This document shows positions 12,918 through 26,769 of a stretch of DNA of 64,000 nt, one piece after another; position 1 is the first letter of the stretch, and the number at the start of each line of letters is the position of its first letter. The position numbers and the translations under genes were made by a program. The stretch is from Eledone cirrhosa. Taxonomy: Eukaryota. Where the stretch lies: positions 277,388,001-277,452,000 of the forward strand of contig OZ024741.1 of NCBI GenBank assembly GCA_964016885.1, read 5' to 3'. Under the pieces are notes generated by a model. It searched no databases and had not been told where the DNA came from. It saw only the letters and a program-made list of their open reading frames with translations.

Positions 12918-13623
12918 CCTGAGAAAGGTTCGTGTCGACTTCTCTGACTTGTCACCTGCACTTCCTCCTTGACCAAGTTCCACTGCTTCATCCTGGAGAC
13001 GAATAGCTCTGCATTGGACTTGGTCAGACCCATACCCCTGACCAAGTCATTGACTTCTTTTTGGTTTGGGAAGTGAGGAACTTTTTCTGGTACCTCAGGC
13101 AGGTAATCCAAGTCCTCAGCATCCATCTCCTCCTCTTCATCAGAATACTTGTCTTGGAAAATAAATTTGATATGCAATACAAAATAAATATTGGAAAGGG
13201 AAATACATATTTAAATAATATAAAAGAACACTAATCATACTAATGAAAATTCGTGCTTAAAACACAACTTACCCTTTATTCAGGGTGCGAAAATCCAGTA
13301 TCAATAAATCTCTTTAATCCACTTTTTAACAATTTTATACTTTATTGCACTTTTATAATTTTCTTTAGGTATTACTCTTTATTTTATAATTTTAATTTAA
13401 CCTGAAACATATATAAAAAAAAATCATTTAACATAAGCAAATTAAACTTACATACAATGTAAAATCCAGCATACAAATAATTCTAGTGAATAGCTTAGAA
13501 TGTTTACAAACCCAAACTTTTAACTGTTTAATAGCACTTTTTTATTTATTTGGGACCTAAGCAACACAAAAAAGTGATTACAAGCCAGGAACAGAGAAAA
13601 AAAAACATTTTTGTTACACGGTG
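12918..13623 (-). mobile_element. 5' part of a CMC/Chapaev3-like DNA transposon, interrupted by the PLE
   Basis: PHFPNQKEVNDLVRGMGLTKSNAELFVSRMKQWNLV resembles the Chapaev3 transposase motif LNDLVRDL.L.K..AELL.SRLK..NLL; terminus TAA|CACCGTGTAACA at 13623; probable GT-AG intron about 13153-13271. Confidence 0.7.
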
Positions 13624-13855
13624 TTATAAGCAACATATAAACTGAATAATGGTCAATTTTTGTTTTGTTTTTTGACCAATCTAATTACGTTATATTTTAA
13701 ATAATTTATTAAACGTTTAAACCAACTGTAATTATTCTCCCACCTACGTAACATCCTATGTGTTGAGTTTTTTCTAGTCATATGTTTGGTGGTCACCGAT
13801 CTGTCCAGCTCTTTGGCTACCAGCATATCATGAAAATGTATATATCTCATATGTA

Positions 13856-13926
13856 TTTTGTCTGAAGAGGATATGTTTTGGTATATGTTATACATAAAAC
13901 TTTGCATCTTCGAAATATATATAATG
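13856..13926 (+). ncRNA. Degenerate hammerhead candidate
   Basis: TTGT-CTGAAGA-[GGAT..GTTTT..AAAAC..ATCT]-GAAATATATA; the stem I register is imperfect. Confidence 0.35.
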
Positions 13927-13964
13927 AAATAAATAGAGATGATATAAAGTATATATCTTTCTTT

Positions 13965-14086
<122 letters not shown>

Positions 14087-14087
14087 G

Positions 14088-14280
14088 GATTTAGCTTCAA
14101 GCATAACTGTATACAGATATGTATAGAAATTTCGTATTTCTAAAGAAACACGGTATTTAGGAAGCCGTAGCTATGCAAACACCGGGGCTAACGCTCTCTG
14201 GTGGTGTCCAGCAGAAACAAGGGGGACAACCGTCTATGCATTTCAGACTTGACTGGTCTTCATCAGGACGGTCTCTCCCA
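14088..14280 (-). mobile_element. Solo PLE pLTR fragment with hammerhead at 14229-14272
   Basis: ACCGTC-CTGATGA-AGACCAGTCAAGTCT-GAAAT-GC-ATA^GACGGT; same family as 61383-61608; TA-rich repeats on both sides. Confidence 0.8.
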
Positions 14281-14649
14281 TGCATATATATAAATTTGAG
14301 TATGTGTTGGTCGGCTACCGTCACTTCAGTATGTAAGTATGTATATTTATCAGGAACGGTAGAAGCAATACTGAATTAATTGGTCACATTTTTTCCAATA
14401 CTCCTCCCCACGGTTTTTATTCCAATCCCACCCTCCACCCGCTTATCAAATTTTTCTAATCTATCTCCTGCGAAATTTCATTGTGATTCATATTGATACA
14501 GCAACTGGAGAATCTAATAATTATTTTATTTTACATTAAAAAAACATTATATATGAAAAAAGAAGAACATTACAAGAAATCCCATAATTACGAACGTACA
14601 CTATACAATTACTGATTTCTCAAGCCCCCTTCCCCATTATTGCCACCCC

Positions 14650-15223
14650 TCTTATTATTAGAAGGCCACCAAACTCTCCTCTTCTCTATGCCTGTCACAC
14701 AAAACTCTCTTTTAATCCCCCTCTCTGTATCTACTAAAACCAAACTCTACGCCTCTCTATATCTACCACGACACCGCTTCTATTATCCCACTCTCTAATA
14801 TCTAAGACTAATATAATCTCTCACTCTCTATAAATATCTACACTTATCTTTTCCAATCACCCTCTGTATATCAATCACCTCTAAACTATCACCCTCTCTA
14901 TATCTACTACACGGCACTCTCCCATTATCCCTCTCTGAATATCTACAAAAACCAAATTCTCCCCCTCTCTATATCTACTACATGGTTCTCTCTTCCAATC
15001 CCCCTCTCTATATCAATTAAAACCAAAATTTCCCCCTCTCTATATCTACTACACTGTAATCTTCCATTCCCCTCTCTATATCAATTAGTACCAAACTCTC
15101 CCCCTCTCTATATCTACTACACGGAACTCGCTTCCAATACCCCTCTATACATCAATCTCTCCCTCTCTCTATATTTAATATACAACACACTCTCCCAAAC
15201 CCTCTCTCTATATCAATTACCAC
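14650..15223. repeat. Degenerate minisatellite, unit about 70 bp, continuing at 20909-21260
   Basis: Recurring CTCTCTATATCTACTACACGG / CTCTCTATATCAATTACCACCAAACTCTCCCC. Confidence 0.8.
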
Positions 15224-15403
15224 TTGATATAGACGGATTCTTACGGATTGTTGTAAAAAAAAACTGTGAGTTTATTGATCAATTTAATAACACTGTTTGG
15301 TTTAGCCCCTTGCCTTGGCCGTCAGACGTTAAGTCAACAAATTTTCGCCCCTTTTTGGGGCGAAATTTTCAATTTTCATCTAAAAACTGTAGACTTGGTG
15401 GCA

Positions 15404-17186
15404 ATGGATGCCATTTCCACCTCGCACACTGTCTTGAGTGCCACGCCCACTAAGAAAAGTGGTGGAGGGAAGGTAGGAGTACAAAGCTTGCAGCCGTCCC
15501 CCCTCGCATCATCGAAAAACGTGGAAAATATCGAAACCGCGAAACCAAATCCGGCAAATAATACCAGCACCAACAACAAGAACAATGACAACAACACCAC
15601 AACCAACAACTGCAACAATAGCAACACCAATATTACCAACAGTGACAGTAACACGAAAGACAACAACACCAAAACAACATTTGCACAGACCGTAAAAAAA
15701 AACGAACTATACACGCCAATAGACATAACAAATGCTAAACAACTATTACAAGACGCAAAACAATTCGTGACTTTTGACGAAAACGGTGCTTTTAGCATCA
15801 ATTCTCCACAGGAATTACGTAGAGAGGCTGTCCTGAAAACTGTGGTTTTCAGGACAATATCGAACGTAACAAGAAAACCAGCTCAATTATCACAAAATGA
15901 AATTGAGCTGGTTCTAAAAGACGCAATGAAGGACTTAACCTTCATACAAAAAGGTAAACTGTTTGGTAGCATTTCGGTGCTGATGAACAACCAGTCAACA
16001 GCTCAAAAGTACTCGATAGCACCCATTGTGTCCCCCCACTTCACCTTTTACCCCACATACAGGGGGAAAAGGACACAAAGAATAAAAATAATGAGTATCA
16101 CACCAAATGTAAACATTTGGTGGATACTATGTGGAATAATAAACTTTGACGAAGACAAGATAATTTCAATAGGAAAGTCCTCCGGAGGTGTATTTGGTGG
16201 GACCACAGTAGAAGTTCTGGTGCAAATGAGCCCAGAACGAATAGCGAATATCCCACAACGCGTGCCTCTGGACGGGCTAACTTATATAAACATTTCAGTG
16301 GAGGGAAGGCGGCCGTCATGTTAGCACTGCTTAAGCAGGGGTCACCTGAGGGCTGCCTGTCCTCAATTAACGAGTCAAAAAAAAAGGCTCTTCTGCCAAC
16401 CCCGAACACAACAACACAACCACCACCACCACCACCACCACCACCACAACAACAACAACACGGAAAAATAACAACACAAAACACTGTTCCACCCAACCCC
16501 TCCCCACCTAAAACAAATACAAAAGCAACCACAACAAAACCCCAAAATATACCCCTCCCCAACAACACGGAAGAGGACTCCGTATCAACGTCACCCAGTG
16601 ACGACGAGGGAGAACCCTTTCAACAGGTGAAAAGAAAAAAAAAAGGCACCACATTAACAAAAATGCCACAAACACACAGCCACCAGCAGAAACAGAACAA
16701 ACATCACAACTAAAAAAACCCACCCCTCCCCAAAACATAACACGTACTATAAAACGCAAACACCCGCAAGAACAACAAACAAAAACAAACACAACACAAC
16801 AAAAACTCTAAACATACATTAACAAGAACAATAAAACGTTGATGAAAGCGATAGAAAATAACCCTTCGGTGGAAACCGAAGGGATCACTTTCACCTACGC
16901 AGCGAACAAACCGCACCTAATGATGATTAGGGTCCCAACGGAAACCTATGTAACTTTGAAAAAGAACCATCCAATGCATGTGGGGACCAACTGCACCAAA
17001 CCACATAACAGCGTCCTATTGAGATGTTTCCCCACCCCCACACCAGACACCCACACCCCACCAAACACCCTAATCCCACCACACACTGATGTCCTCACCC
17101 CACCACAAACCACCACCCCACCAAACAACCCTTCCAACACCCCCATGGAAATTGTGCAGCCTGGCCCCCAGGAGACGAAGAGGTAA
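15404..17186 (+). pseudogene. Tx1 ORF1 with CCHC zinc knuckle
   Basis: I.VEGRRPSC*HCLSRGHLRAACP (TAG at 16322 inside the knuckle), followed by frameshifts in A-rich tracts. Confidence 0.8.
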
Positions 17187-17228
17187 GTAATTTCCTTTCC
17201 TCTTCCTTTTTACCTCTTCAGCACCAAC

Positions 17229-20200
17229 ATGGCCAATATAAGAGTTGGATGTGTGAATGCACGCGGCTTGGGGATGTCCTGGAAACAGGGCAAACTCTTA
17301 AATGACCTCAGGTCGCACAGAGTGGATGTAATGGTTATTTGCGAGTCCAGGATCAGCAGCGAGCGCCAACTGGCCCCCATCTTCGACGACTTTGAGATCT
17401 ACGCATCTCTCTGTCAGCCGAGGGGTGGGGGTGGGGTTGTCGTTCTGCTGCAAAAATACCTGGGTCTTGCCACACAGAAGGTACACCTGGACCCGGAGGG
17501 TCGACTGGTGGTTTTAGACGTCGGCAGTGGTGAAGGTGGAGCTTTCAGGCTGGTGGCAGCGTATGCCCCATCGGGGACACCGCGACCGGACTTCTTCCGA
17601 CGCCTGGAGAATTTCCTGGGAACGTCTCGCTCCTTGCTTTTAGTGGGGGACTGGAATGGTATCCTGGATGCACGTTGGGACTATGTAGGGGCATGTCCCG
17701 ATAGAGGGGGGTGTAACAGCCTCAAATGATTAATCGGCCGATTTGATCTGGCCGATAGATATCGACTGGATTTTCCGACTGTACCACGGTGGACGTGGAG
17801 TAATCGCAGTGGAACATCCAGGTCGTACCTAGATAGGTTCCTAGTTAGAAATAAGGATAGGGACATATTAAGCTGTCCACGAATGTTCATGGTTGACTAT
17901 TCGGATCACAAATTGTTGACCGGAGTGGTCAACCTTGATAGAACTCATAGACAGGGACCCGGTTACTGGAAGCTGAACTTGTCTTTACCGACAAACAAAG
18001 CTTACAGTAAGCGGATTAGCACACTAGTTAAGCAGCGTTTGACGGGGGAAATTGTCAACAACAGGTGATGGGGCTCTCTCAAGAGAGAAATTAGAATAGA
18101 ATCGATAGGTTTTAGTCGGGAATTAGCATCAGATAGGAATAGAACTGAAAGGGAATTAACAAATAGAGTAGAAGAGGCGATTAGGAGTGGCAACGTGGCC
18201 GGCGTGCTGGTGTCAAGAACGGCCCTAGACCAGTTCTTTGATGCGAAGCACGAGGGCTGCGTTGTCAGGAGTAAAATACGTGCTCTGGGTAACGAGGGAG
18301 CCAAAGCTGTTAGCTGGACCCGAGTGACAGAGGCAAAAAGTGGAAACAAGTCCACGATTCGGTCTTTGAAGGACCAGGATGGACGCGTGATCCTTGAACC
18401 TGAGCGGATGAGCGCGGCCTTTCAACGGCGCTTTGCACGACTGTTCGGGAGGGGCGGCGGGCCGGCTGGGGCCATGGATTTCGGTCCATACCTCGACGGT
18501 CTGGCGCGGCTCTTGGACGGGGAGGCGAATTCCTGCAAGAGGCCGATTTCAGCCGCTGAAATAGGGGAAGCGCTGAGCCAATGCAGCAAACGGAAATCTC
18601 CGGGTCTCGATGGTCTACCATACGAACTTTATGTAGCGATGCCGGGCTTGTTCTCCGGTTTCCTCGAGGCGGTCTACTGCAACTGGCAACAGAACGGGAG
18701 AATTCCCAGTTCTGTGACCAAGGGCGTAGTCACGCTGGTGAGGAAGGACGAGAACAAGGGGGATGACATAGATAACTTCAGGCCCATAACTCTGCTAAAC
18801 ACAGAGTTAAAGATTTTGGCCAAGGTGTTAGCGAAGAGGTTGGCGCTTGTCGTCGGGAACCTGGTGGGAGAAGCGCAGACATGCGCAATCCCGTCCAGGT
18901 CCATACACGACAACCTCCACCTCATGCGATACATCGTAGAGAGGGTAGGGAACGAACCCGGCTTTGGTGGGGCTCTGATCAACTTGGATCAATCTAAAGC
19001 GTTCGATAGGGTTGACCATCGGTACCTGGATGCGGTGCTCGCGGCGGCAGGCTTCGGACCCGTTTTCAGGGGCTGGATTGCTGCAATGCACAGCAGCAAC
19101 ACCTGCTCGAGGGTCAAGGTGAACGGCTACCTCTCGGAGCCGTTCCAAATCACGCGATCCATTCGACAGGGATGCCCTCTCTCCTCCCTCCTGTATGTAC
19201 TGGCTCTCGAGCCACTACTGAGGAAGCTGGGGCTGTTGCAGGGCATCCCCTTGGAACCGGGATTGCGGAAAGCGGTGTCGGCCTACGCCGATGACGTGAC
19301 AGTAATGGTGCCGTGCGCCTCGGAAATCGGGCAGATCGGCACCTTACTGGAGGAATATGAAAGGTTCACAGGAGCCAAGCTGAACCGGGACAAGTCCGTC
19401 GGTTTGCAACTCGGGACGTGGAGGGGCAAAACGATGCCCTCCGACGGCATCGTCGGATGCTGGACGGAGGGACCGGTGAAGCTGCTCGGGGTCTGGTTCG
19501 GACCGGACCTCCAGGTGTAGAAAAACTGGGACGAGGTAACGGGCAAGGTTTTTGCACTCGCCCAGAAGTGGGGCGAGTGCAAACTATCCCTGAAAGGTCG
19601 AGCGGAGGTGGCGAACGCTTATATAGCGTCCGTCATCTACTACCGCTTGACCGTCGTGCCTTGCCCAGAGAAAACACTCGCCAAAATGGAGCGCGCGCTC
19701 TTCAGATTTCTTTGGAAGAAGCGGGCTCCTTTGGTGAGAAGATCCATCTGCTGTCAACACCCTTCGAACGGAGGGCTGGGGATGCCGTGGCTGACGATGC
19801 GTAGACACGCATTAAGGCTACGGCACCTCCAGGTATTCCTCACCGGTCAGCCGGTGTGGGCCCTGTTTGTGAGGCTAGCCTTTCCGAGACTCGTCTCACT
19901 CACCGAGCTGCAATCCTGGGTCAAGCAAAGACCGAGAAAAGTGGGCGACTGGCACATTGAATGTGCCCAGGCGCTCACGGCCCTCTGGCAAGCGGATCCG
20001 GTAATCAGTGGAGACTCAACCTCAACATTCTATAGAGGGTTGGTGCGCAGTAAGTGCGACGACGCTCTCGGAGAGGCTCTGGGCATAGAGGAAGACGAGC
20101 TGGCCAGTCTGTTCGGTAGGACGTTTGGCCCGGGACCGATGGACAACTTCCAAAAGTCCCTGGCTTGGCAATGTTACCGAGGAGCTCTACCCGTTCGGGA

Positions 20201-20666
20201 CAAGCTCTACAGACACGGGCGCCCGAGTAGGGACCCCTCGAAGAAGATCTGTCCAAGATGCGTGCGGGACGAGGAAACCGTCGCACACGCATTCGTACTC
20301 TGTCCGGGCGTTGCTGACCTATGGGGCTATGTAGAACGACTACTGTCGCGGGTGGGACCAATCCGGTTGACCACCGAGAACATTGTCACAATCAAACCGC
20401 CTCCCCCTTTCAAAAACGAAGGAGAGGCGGTTTTCCTCTGTGTGATAGCCATGGCGAAAGAAGTTGTATGGTGGACAAGGTTGAAAGGGCTGAGGTCAGA
20501 CACCTATCTCTCCGGCCAACAACTGGTTTTTTTTTTCAAGTACCACTTTAGAAGAAGGATCAGAATGGAGAGAGAGGTGCTCTACCCCAGCAAGTTTTAT
20601 GAAAGATGGGTGAAAGTAGCGAGAATGGCCCGAGTGAATGGGCCTTCTCTCTATATCAGCCTGTAG
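17229..20666 (+). pseudogene. Tx1 ORF2 (AP endonuclease, reverse transcriptase, zinc finger)
   Basis: NARGL, AYAP, GDWN, YLDR, SDH, PGYWKLN, KSPGLDG, FRPITLLN, DQSKAFDRV, IRQGCPLS, AYADDV, CPRC..ETVAHAFVLC; in-frame stops at 17727, 18066, 19518. Confidence 0.95.
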
Positions 20667-21788
20667 GTGAGAGAGGAGAAGAATGAGAAGAGGAAGGAAG
20701 CACCCGCTCTTTGTGCTCCTGAAGAGGAGGGTTGCACATTTTTTCGGGGGTGTGTGCGACCCATGTCAACCCCCCATCCCTATTGAGGACATCGATTGTT
20801 AAATTTAATTTGTTATATGTTTTTTACACGTCTTTTTAAATGTATGTAAACTCCCTCCTTTGTATTTGTTCCAATCTTTGATGCCCTGGTGGCAAATAAA
20901 TAGAAATATATATCAATTACCACCAAACTATCCCCTCTCTATATCTACCATACAACACTCTCTCTCATTCCCTCTCACTCTATCCATGACCACCAAACTT
21001 TCCTCCTCTCTATATCAACCATACAACATACTCTCCCAATCGCCCTTTATATATAAAGTAACACCAAACTTTCCCCCCTCTCTATATCTACTACACAGAA
21101 CTCTTTTCCTATCCCCTTCTCTAAAACAATTTACAATAAACTCCCCCCCCCCTCTCTATATCTACTACACGGAACTCTCTTCCAATCCCCTTCTGTATAT
21201 CAATTACCACCAAACTCTCCCCCTCTCTATATCTATATCTATCTCTCCCATCTCTCTCTACTTAACATGTACATAAATTGTAGGCCATATACAAATAGAT
21301 GTGTGTTTTGGTAGTTTGGTGAGAAAAATATAATTATGGGGGGGGGCATGTACCCCCCTGCCCCTATTTCCACCACCCCTGTTTCTATATGTATACATAC
21401 AGATGTATGTATGTATATATGTAGCTATGTATGTACGTATGTATGCGAAGAGTCATCAAGTAGATATGTATTAGTTTTAATACTTGACATAGTAGGGAAA
21501 GAGTTTTAGCTTACACACACAGACACACACACACATATATATACATATATGTATGTGTGTGCGCGCGTGTGCATATATATATATATGTGTGTGTGTGAGT
21601 ATATATATATATACAACCGGTAAAAACTTAAAACTAAAACTGAATACTAAAACTGAATAGTAACTAATACTTATCACTAATTTATACTTATTCCTAATTA
21701 AACTATTTTTCACTGGGAAAAATTTGTCACCATTTTCTTTTCCCTTTTTACTAATATATCACAATTCGTGTGTCACACCTCTATTTTT

Positions 21789-21842
<54 letters not shown>

Positions 21843-21845
<3 letters not shown>

Positions 21846-22070
21846 AGTAAGTATGTTTTGAAACAGTGAGCAGATAATTAGAAAATAGAATAGCTTTCAC
21901 CGTATTTTTGACTAAAGGAATTTTAGCTTGATAATGGGGTTTAGAACCCTCAGATAAATGGAAAAAGATGAGTATTGGCGTACATGTACGTCAATACTCA
22001 TCTTTTTCCATTTATCTGAGGGTTCTAAACCCCATTATGAGGCTAAAATTCCTTTAGACAAAAATACGGT

Positions 22071-22075
<5 letters not shown>
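21843..22075. repeat. 182-bp loopless palindrome (21894-22075) with a 50-bp one-sided tail, inside (TA)n
   Basis: Centre CGTACA|TGTACG at 21984/21985; about 4 mismatches between arms. Confidence 0.92.
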
Positions 22076-22143
<68 letters not shown>

Positions 22144-22739
22144 ACAGGGAGAAAGAGACGATTATGAGGAAGAAAAATATATTGTTTTCCTTTTTTTGTC
22201 TCTCTCTCTCTTCTGGGTTGGAAAATGATTAAAACGAAATGTTTTACTTTGTGTGAAGTGTTAAGGTATTAGTTGATTTATTTATTATTTAACAATGGCA
22301 TTTATTTATCTATTTATATATTTAATTATTGTCTATTACCGGTTTCTGCATTTATATGCATTATCAAATGATAGTGAAATGTATTAGTGTGGTGTCGCAC
22401 ATGTTAAACAGAAGGTGCAGAAAGAATAATTTTATATACAAACAAGGTTTAAGAAGTGAAAAGAAAAAAGAAAAAGAAAAAAAAAACGTGCATAATGTGG
22501 AACGTAAAAAGTCAATGTGGAAGAAAAGTTAATGTTATTTACAAGCACAGTCATTGAAGTTAAGCAGTTCAAAATGTGTTAATATCGCAAGAGTGCTTAG
22601 TTAAACCATGGTTCCGTGAAGGAGGCAAATGGTCGACTGTGGTTTAATATGATTTCCCTTTTTAGAGAGTTAATATGCAGGGGAAGCAATTCTTGCTGGG
22701 TGATATTTAATTTATTTAATAAAAAAAAGAATGGAATGG

Positions 22740-24673
22740 TCTGAACAGTCTAAAAAACGACAAAACCCTAACAATCAAAGAGGCAGATAAAGGTAGTGCA
22801 GTAGTCTTTATGGAGACAGATTATTACACAACTCTAGTACTCTCAACTCTAGAAAACCAAACATATTATGAAAAGGCCCAACACTACACACAACAGAAAA
22901 TAATGAGAAACCTAAAATCCCTAACAACCCTTTACAAAGAAGGCCTTACAGACAAGGAATACAACTACATCACCAATTTCAAAAGCAGAACCAGCCTCTT
23001 CTACGGTATCCCCAAGACACACAAAAGCGAAGTAATAGGCGGGGCCTGCAAGCAAGCCACAGACGTTTACATCAATATAGCCCCTCCTGATGACCTTAAA
23101 TTAAGACCCATAATAGCAGACACCACATGTGAAACCCATCGCCTAAGCAACTTCCTAGACATTCTGCTTAAACCTTTCCTAAAACATATAAAAAGCTTGA
23201 TAAGGGACAACCTGGACATGCTGAACCACCTCCCAACAACACTCAATAACGAACATACCCTACTAGAAACCTTTGATGTCATCAATTTATATTCCAATAT
23301 CCCACACAACCTAGGTATAGAGGCAATACATTTCTGGATGGAAAATTTCCCTAGTGAACTTCCACAGCGCATCCCTAAAGAATTTGTGTTGGAGGGACTC
23401 AAATTCCTCTTGGAAAACAATTTCTTAGAATTCAATGCCAAATACTACAGACAGAAATCTGGGACTGCCATGGGCACGAAAGTGGCCCCCTCATACGCCA
23501 ACCTTGTCATGGGATATTTGGAAACCACTCTCTACCGAAAAGTTCTAGACAAATACGGAAACCACTTCTACCAACACATAGAAAAGAACTGGAAGAGATA
23601 TCTGGACGACTGCTTCATCCTCTGGCATGAGTATAGATAGACTGATTGAGTTTAAAACCCTTCTGAATAGACTCAACACAAACTTACAATTCACAATGGA
23701 TTACAGCCATGAACAACTCCCTTTCCTCGACATCCTCATCAAGAAAACAAGCAACAAAATAGAAACAGACATATACTACAAACCCACAGACGCCAAACAA
23801 TACCTTCCTTTTAACTCGTGCCACCCTAGACACACCAAAATTGCAATTCCTTATAACCTAGCCAGAAGGATTTGCATAATAGTTTCAGATAAATACACAT
23901 GCTACATACGACTAGAAGAATTAAAAAACACACTTATCAGCAGAAACTACCCACCATCCCTAATCACCAATGGATTCCAACGTGCCCTAAAACTAGACAT
24001 CCAGGAACTCAGACACCCCAAACCCAGGAGTGAACCGCAACAAAAAACTCTACCATACAACTCCACACACAACCCCCTCAACAATGAGGCATTCGACACC
24101 ATCCTCCAGAACATTCATTTACTAAAATGAGACCCAAGAATGAACAATATCCTCCAAACACACAACATCATAAAGAGCTAAAGACAACCCAAATCCATAA
24201 AAAACATCCTCACACAAGCCAAAATCCAACAAACCCTCACAATAAACCCTTCAGTAACAAAATGAGGAAGGCCCAACTGTGGCATATGCATAAATCTAAT
24301 AGAAGGTTCAACATTCCATTTTAAACAAGGACAACGTTTCACAGTTAAACACAACTTTACATGTGCATCTGAAAACCTTATCTATGTTTTGACTTGCTCA
24401 GGTTGTCAAGAGCACTACATAGGACAGACAAAAAACAGCCTCCGTCAACGTATGACCGTCTATAAATCACAAATTAAAATATAGGAATACAGAAAGATTG
24501 CATTTAGTGAACATATCGCCAATTGTGCTCTCAATCAACTTCCAAACTTTAAAATTTTCCCCATTTACAAATTCATAGACAACGCTACTTTCATCCAACG
24601 CCCCAATAAGGAAACACATTTCATTAATAAATTTCAACCAGTACTCAATGCCGTAAAAATCGGACCAATCTAA
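22740..24673 (+). pseudogene. PLE RT-GIY-YIG, Naiad-type, 5'-truncated and degraded
   Basis: IKEADKGSAVV, YGIPKTHK, LRPII, FDVINLYSNI, GTAMGTKVAPSYANL, RYLDDCF, FNSCHPRHTK, ARRICIIV, K*GRPNCGIC, NLIYVLTCSGC..YIGQT, FQPVLN. Confidence 0.9.
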
Positions 24674-24922
24674 AACTGCAACAAACCATCAAACATTTAC
24701 AAGAGTTACCTCCCTCACACTGTCTTAAAGTATGTGTGAAAAGTCAGCTCCCTAAACCATTTGGTTGTTTGTAGGCCCTTATTAGATTGGTGGCAGGTGG
24801 TGAATTGTCAGCAGCCGCCTTAGAACGTCAGATAGAATCTTTCACATCGTTTGTTCCGGCTTTCTGTGCTCTGAATCTAAATCACACCGATCTAAATCAT
24901 ACCTTATTTTCTTTCAAGGTTG

Positions 24923-24989
<67 letters not shown>

Positions 24990-25123
24990 ACTCACTCTTC
25001 CTCTCTCCCACTCTCACTCTTTCTCTTCATATATATATATATATATATATTTGTGTGTGTGTGTGTGTATGTGTGTGTGCGTGTGCGTGTGTGTGTATGT
25101 GCGTGTGTGTGTGTGCGTGTGTG

Positions 25124-25164
<41 letters not shown>

Positions 25165-25245
25165 GGTAAACAGAAATAACAACACAATCCGTACAGTATA
25201 TGGAAGGAATATATTAGGTTAACGCTTGAAATAGCAGGAAGAGGG

Positions 25246-25281
25246 TCTTAACGTTTCGGAAGCTAGTCCTTCATCAGAAGA
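25246..25281 (-). ncRNA. Minimal type-I hammerhead ribozyme
   Basis: TCTT-CTGATGA-AGGACTAGCTTCC-GAAAC-GTT^AAGA; second copy at 60806-60841. Confidence 0.8.
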
Positions 25282-25394
25282 AAGAATTACAAATTAGAAA
25301 GATTGAAGGGACGGGCGGGGTGGGATTGGAAAAAAAGTTTTTAGAGAAAAATAACGGGTCCATTCGCAATCCTGTTACATAATTCTGCAAATAA

Positions 25395-25465
25395 CACCTG
25401 ATGAAATCGCCTAGTCTTGCATCATAATCGAACTATAGAGCTGGGTCATCGAAATACATATAGTG
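25395..25465 (+). ncRNA. Hammerhead candidate
   Basis: CAC-CTGATGA-[..CCTAG...CTGGG..]-GAAAT-ACAT-ATA^GTG. Confidence 0.5.
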
Positions 25466-26357
25466 CTTTCGAGGAGTTAAAATGCTTTCAAGGTCGATAA
25501 AAAAAATGTACCAGTCAAGTACTGGGGTCGATTCTTCATATATGTCTCTTTCTCACTTCCCCTTTATCACTTTCCATCATTCTTTGGAATAAATCTGCTA
25601 TTCCTGCCAACCCCTAAAATCCCATACGTGAAAACAAAAGTGCTCCAAAACGGGGAGAAATGAGGCAAAATGGGGAGATTTTACATAATGAAAGCTACAC
25701 CCATTTTCACAAGAGAAGACAGTTCTCACCCACCCCAAAGTGGGTAGGAGATCTCCCCGTCGGACTGGGAGAGTTGACAGGTCTGAATATGCTGAGTTCA
25801 GACCTGGAGAGTAGATGGGCTCCTCCAGGCTTAAAATGCCCTAACAAACACCGCGTATACCACTACGGTGCACCTACGACTCCATCAGTAGTTACAAGAC
25901 CATGCCATGCTATAGTACACTGTAAAAGGGCGTGGGTAGAGTGTTTATCTCACGTTCGTATGGCCGTGAGTTCGTAACCGATTGAGTTCCAACACTTATT
26001 GCTATTTAATACCGACTCTAACCAATATTTTCTCATGTTAATTTATGTTCGGAGGAAAGCAAATATATTTATTTCGCCATTAAGTTCAGTATATAATTGC
26101 CCTATAAAGTTTATTAACTATTGATTATTAACTATTAGTTATTGTTTCTCTATGATGCTATGTATACGATAGACAAATATTTTTATGGTGTTTATATTTG
26201 CTTAAATCGAGTAAACATTTGAGAGAAGCGTAACGAGGCTGTTGATTGGTTGATTGTAATATTCGTAAACTATGTAGCTTTCTTAAGCACTTGCGTTGAT
26301 ATCTGATTTACAGTTCATCTAATATTTCGCTTCGGGTTAATTGCTTACGAGAGTTTA

Positions 26358-26425
<68 letters not shown>

Positions 26426-26619
26426 ATATTATATATATATATTATATATATATATTATATATATATATATGTATGTATATATTATATATATATATTATAT
26501 ATATATATATTTGTATATATTATATATATATATATGTATGTATGTATTATATATATATATATGTATGTATATATTATATATATATACATGTATGTATATA
26601 TAATATATATATACATGTA

Positions 26620-26663
<44 letters not shown>

Positions 26664-26769
26664 ATATTATATATATATATGTATGTATATATTATATATA
26701 TATATATACATGTATGTATATATTATATATATATGTATGTATATATTTATATATTTATATATAGTAATA

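Larger units (their letters stand above)
15224..20908 (+). mobile_element. Full-length L1/Tx1-clade LINE, inactivated
   Basis: ORF1 plus ORF2 (APE-RT-CCHC), AATAAA at the 3' end, apparent TSD TATATCAATTACCAC (15209-15223 / 20909-20923). Confidence 0.92.

Noticed and set aside
14330-14332. 3-nt microexon (ttcag|TAT|gtaagt)
   Set aside because: Lies next to a pLTR fragment in TATG-like sequence; likely chance.
24730-24790. SECIS element
   Set aside because: GTGA, AAA and GA are present but the helix between them does not pair convincingly by eye.
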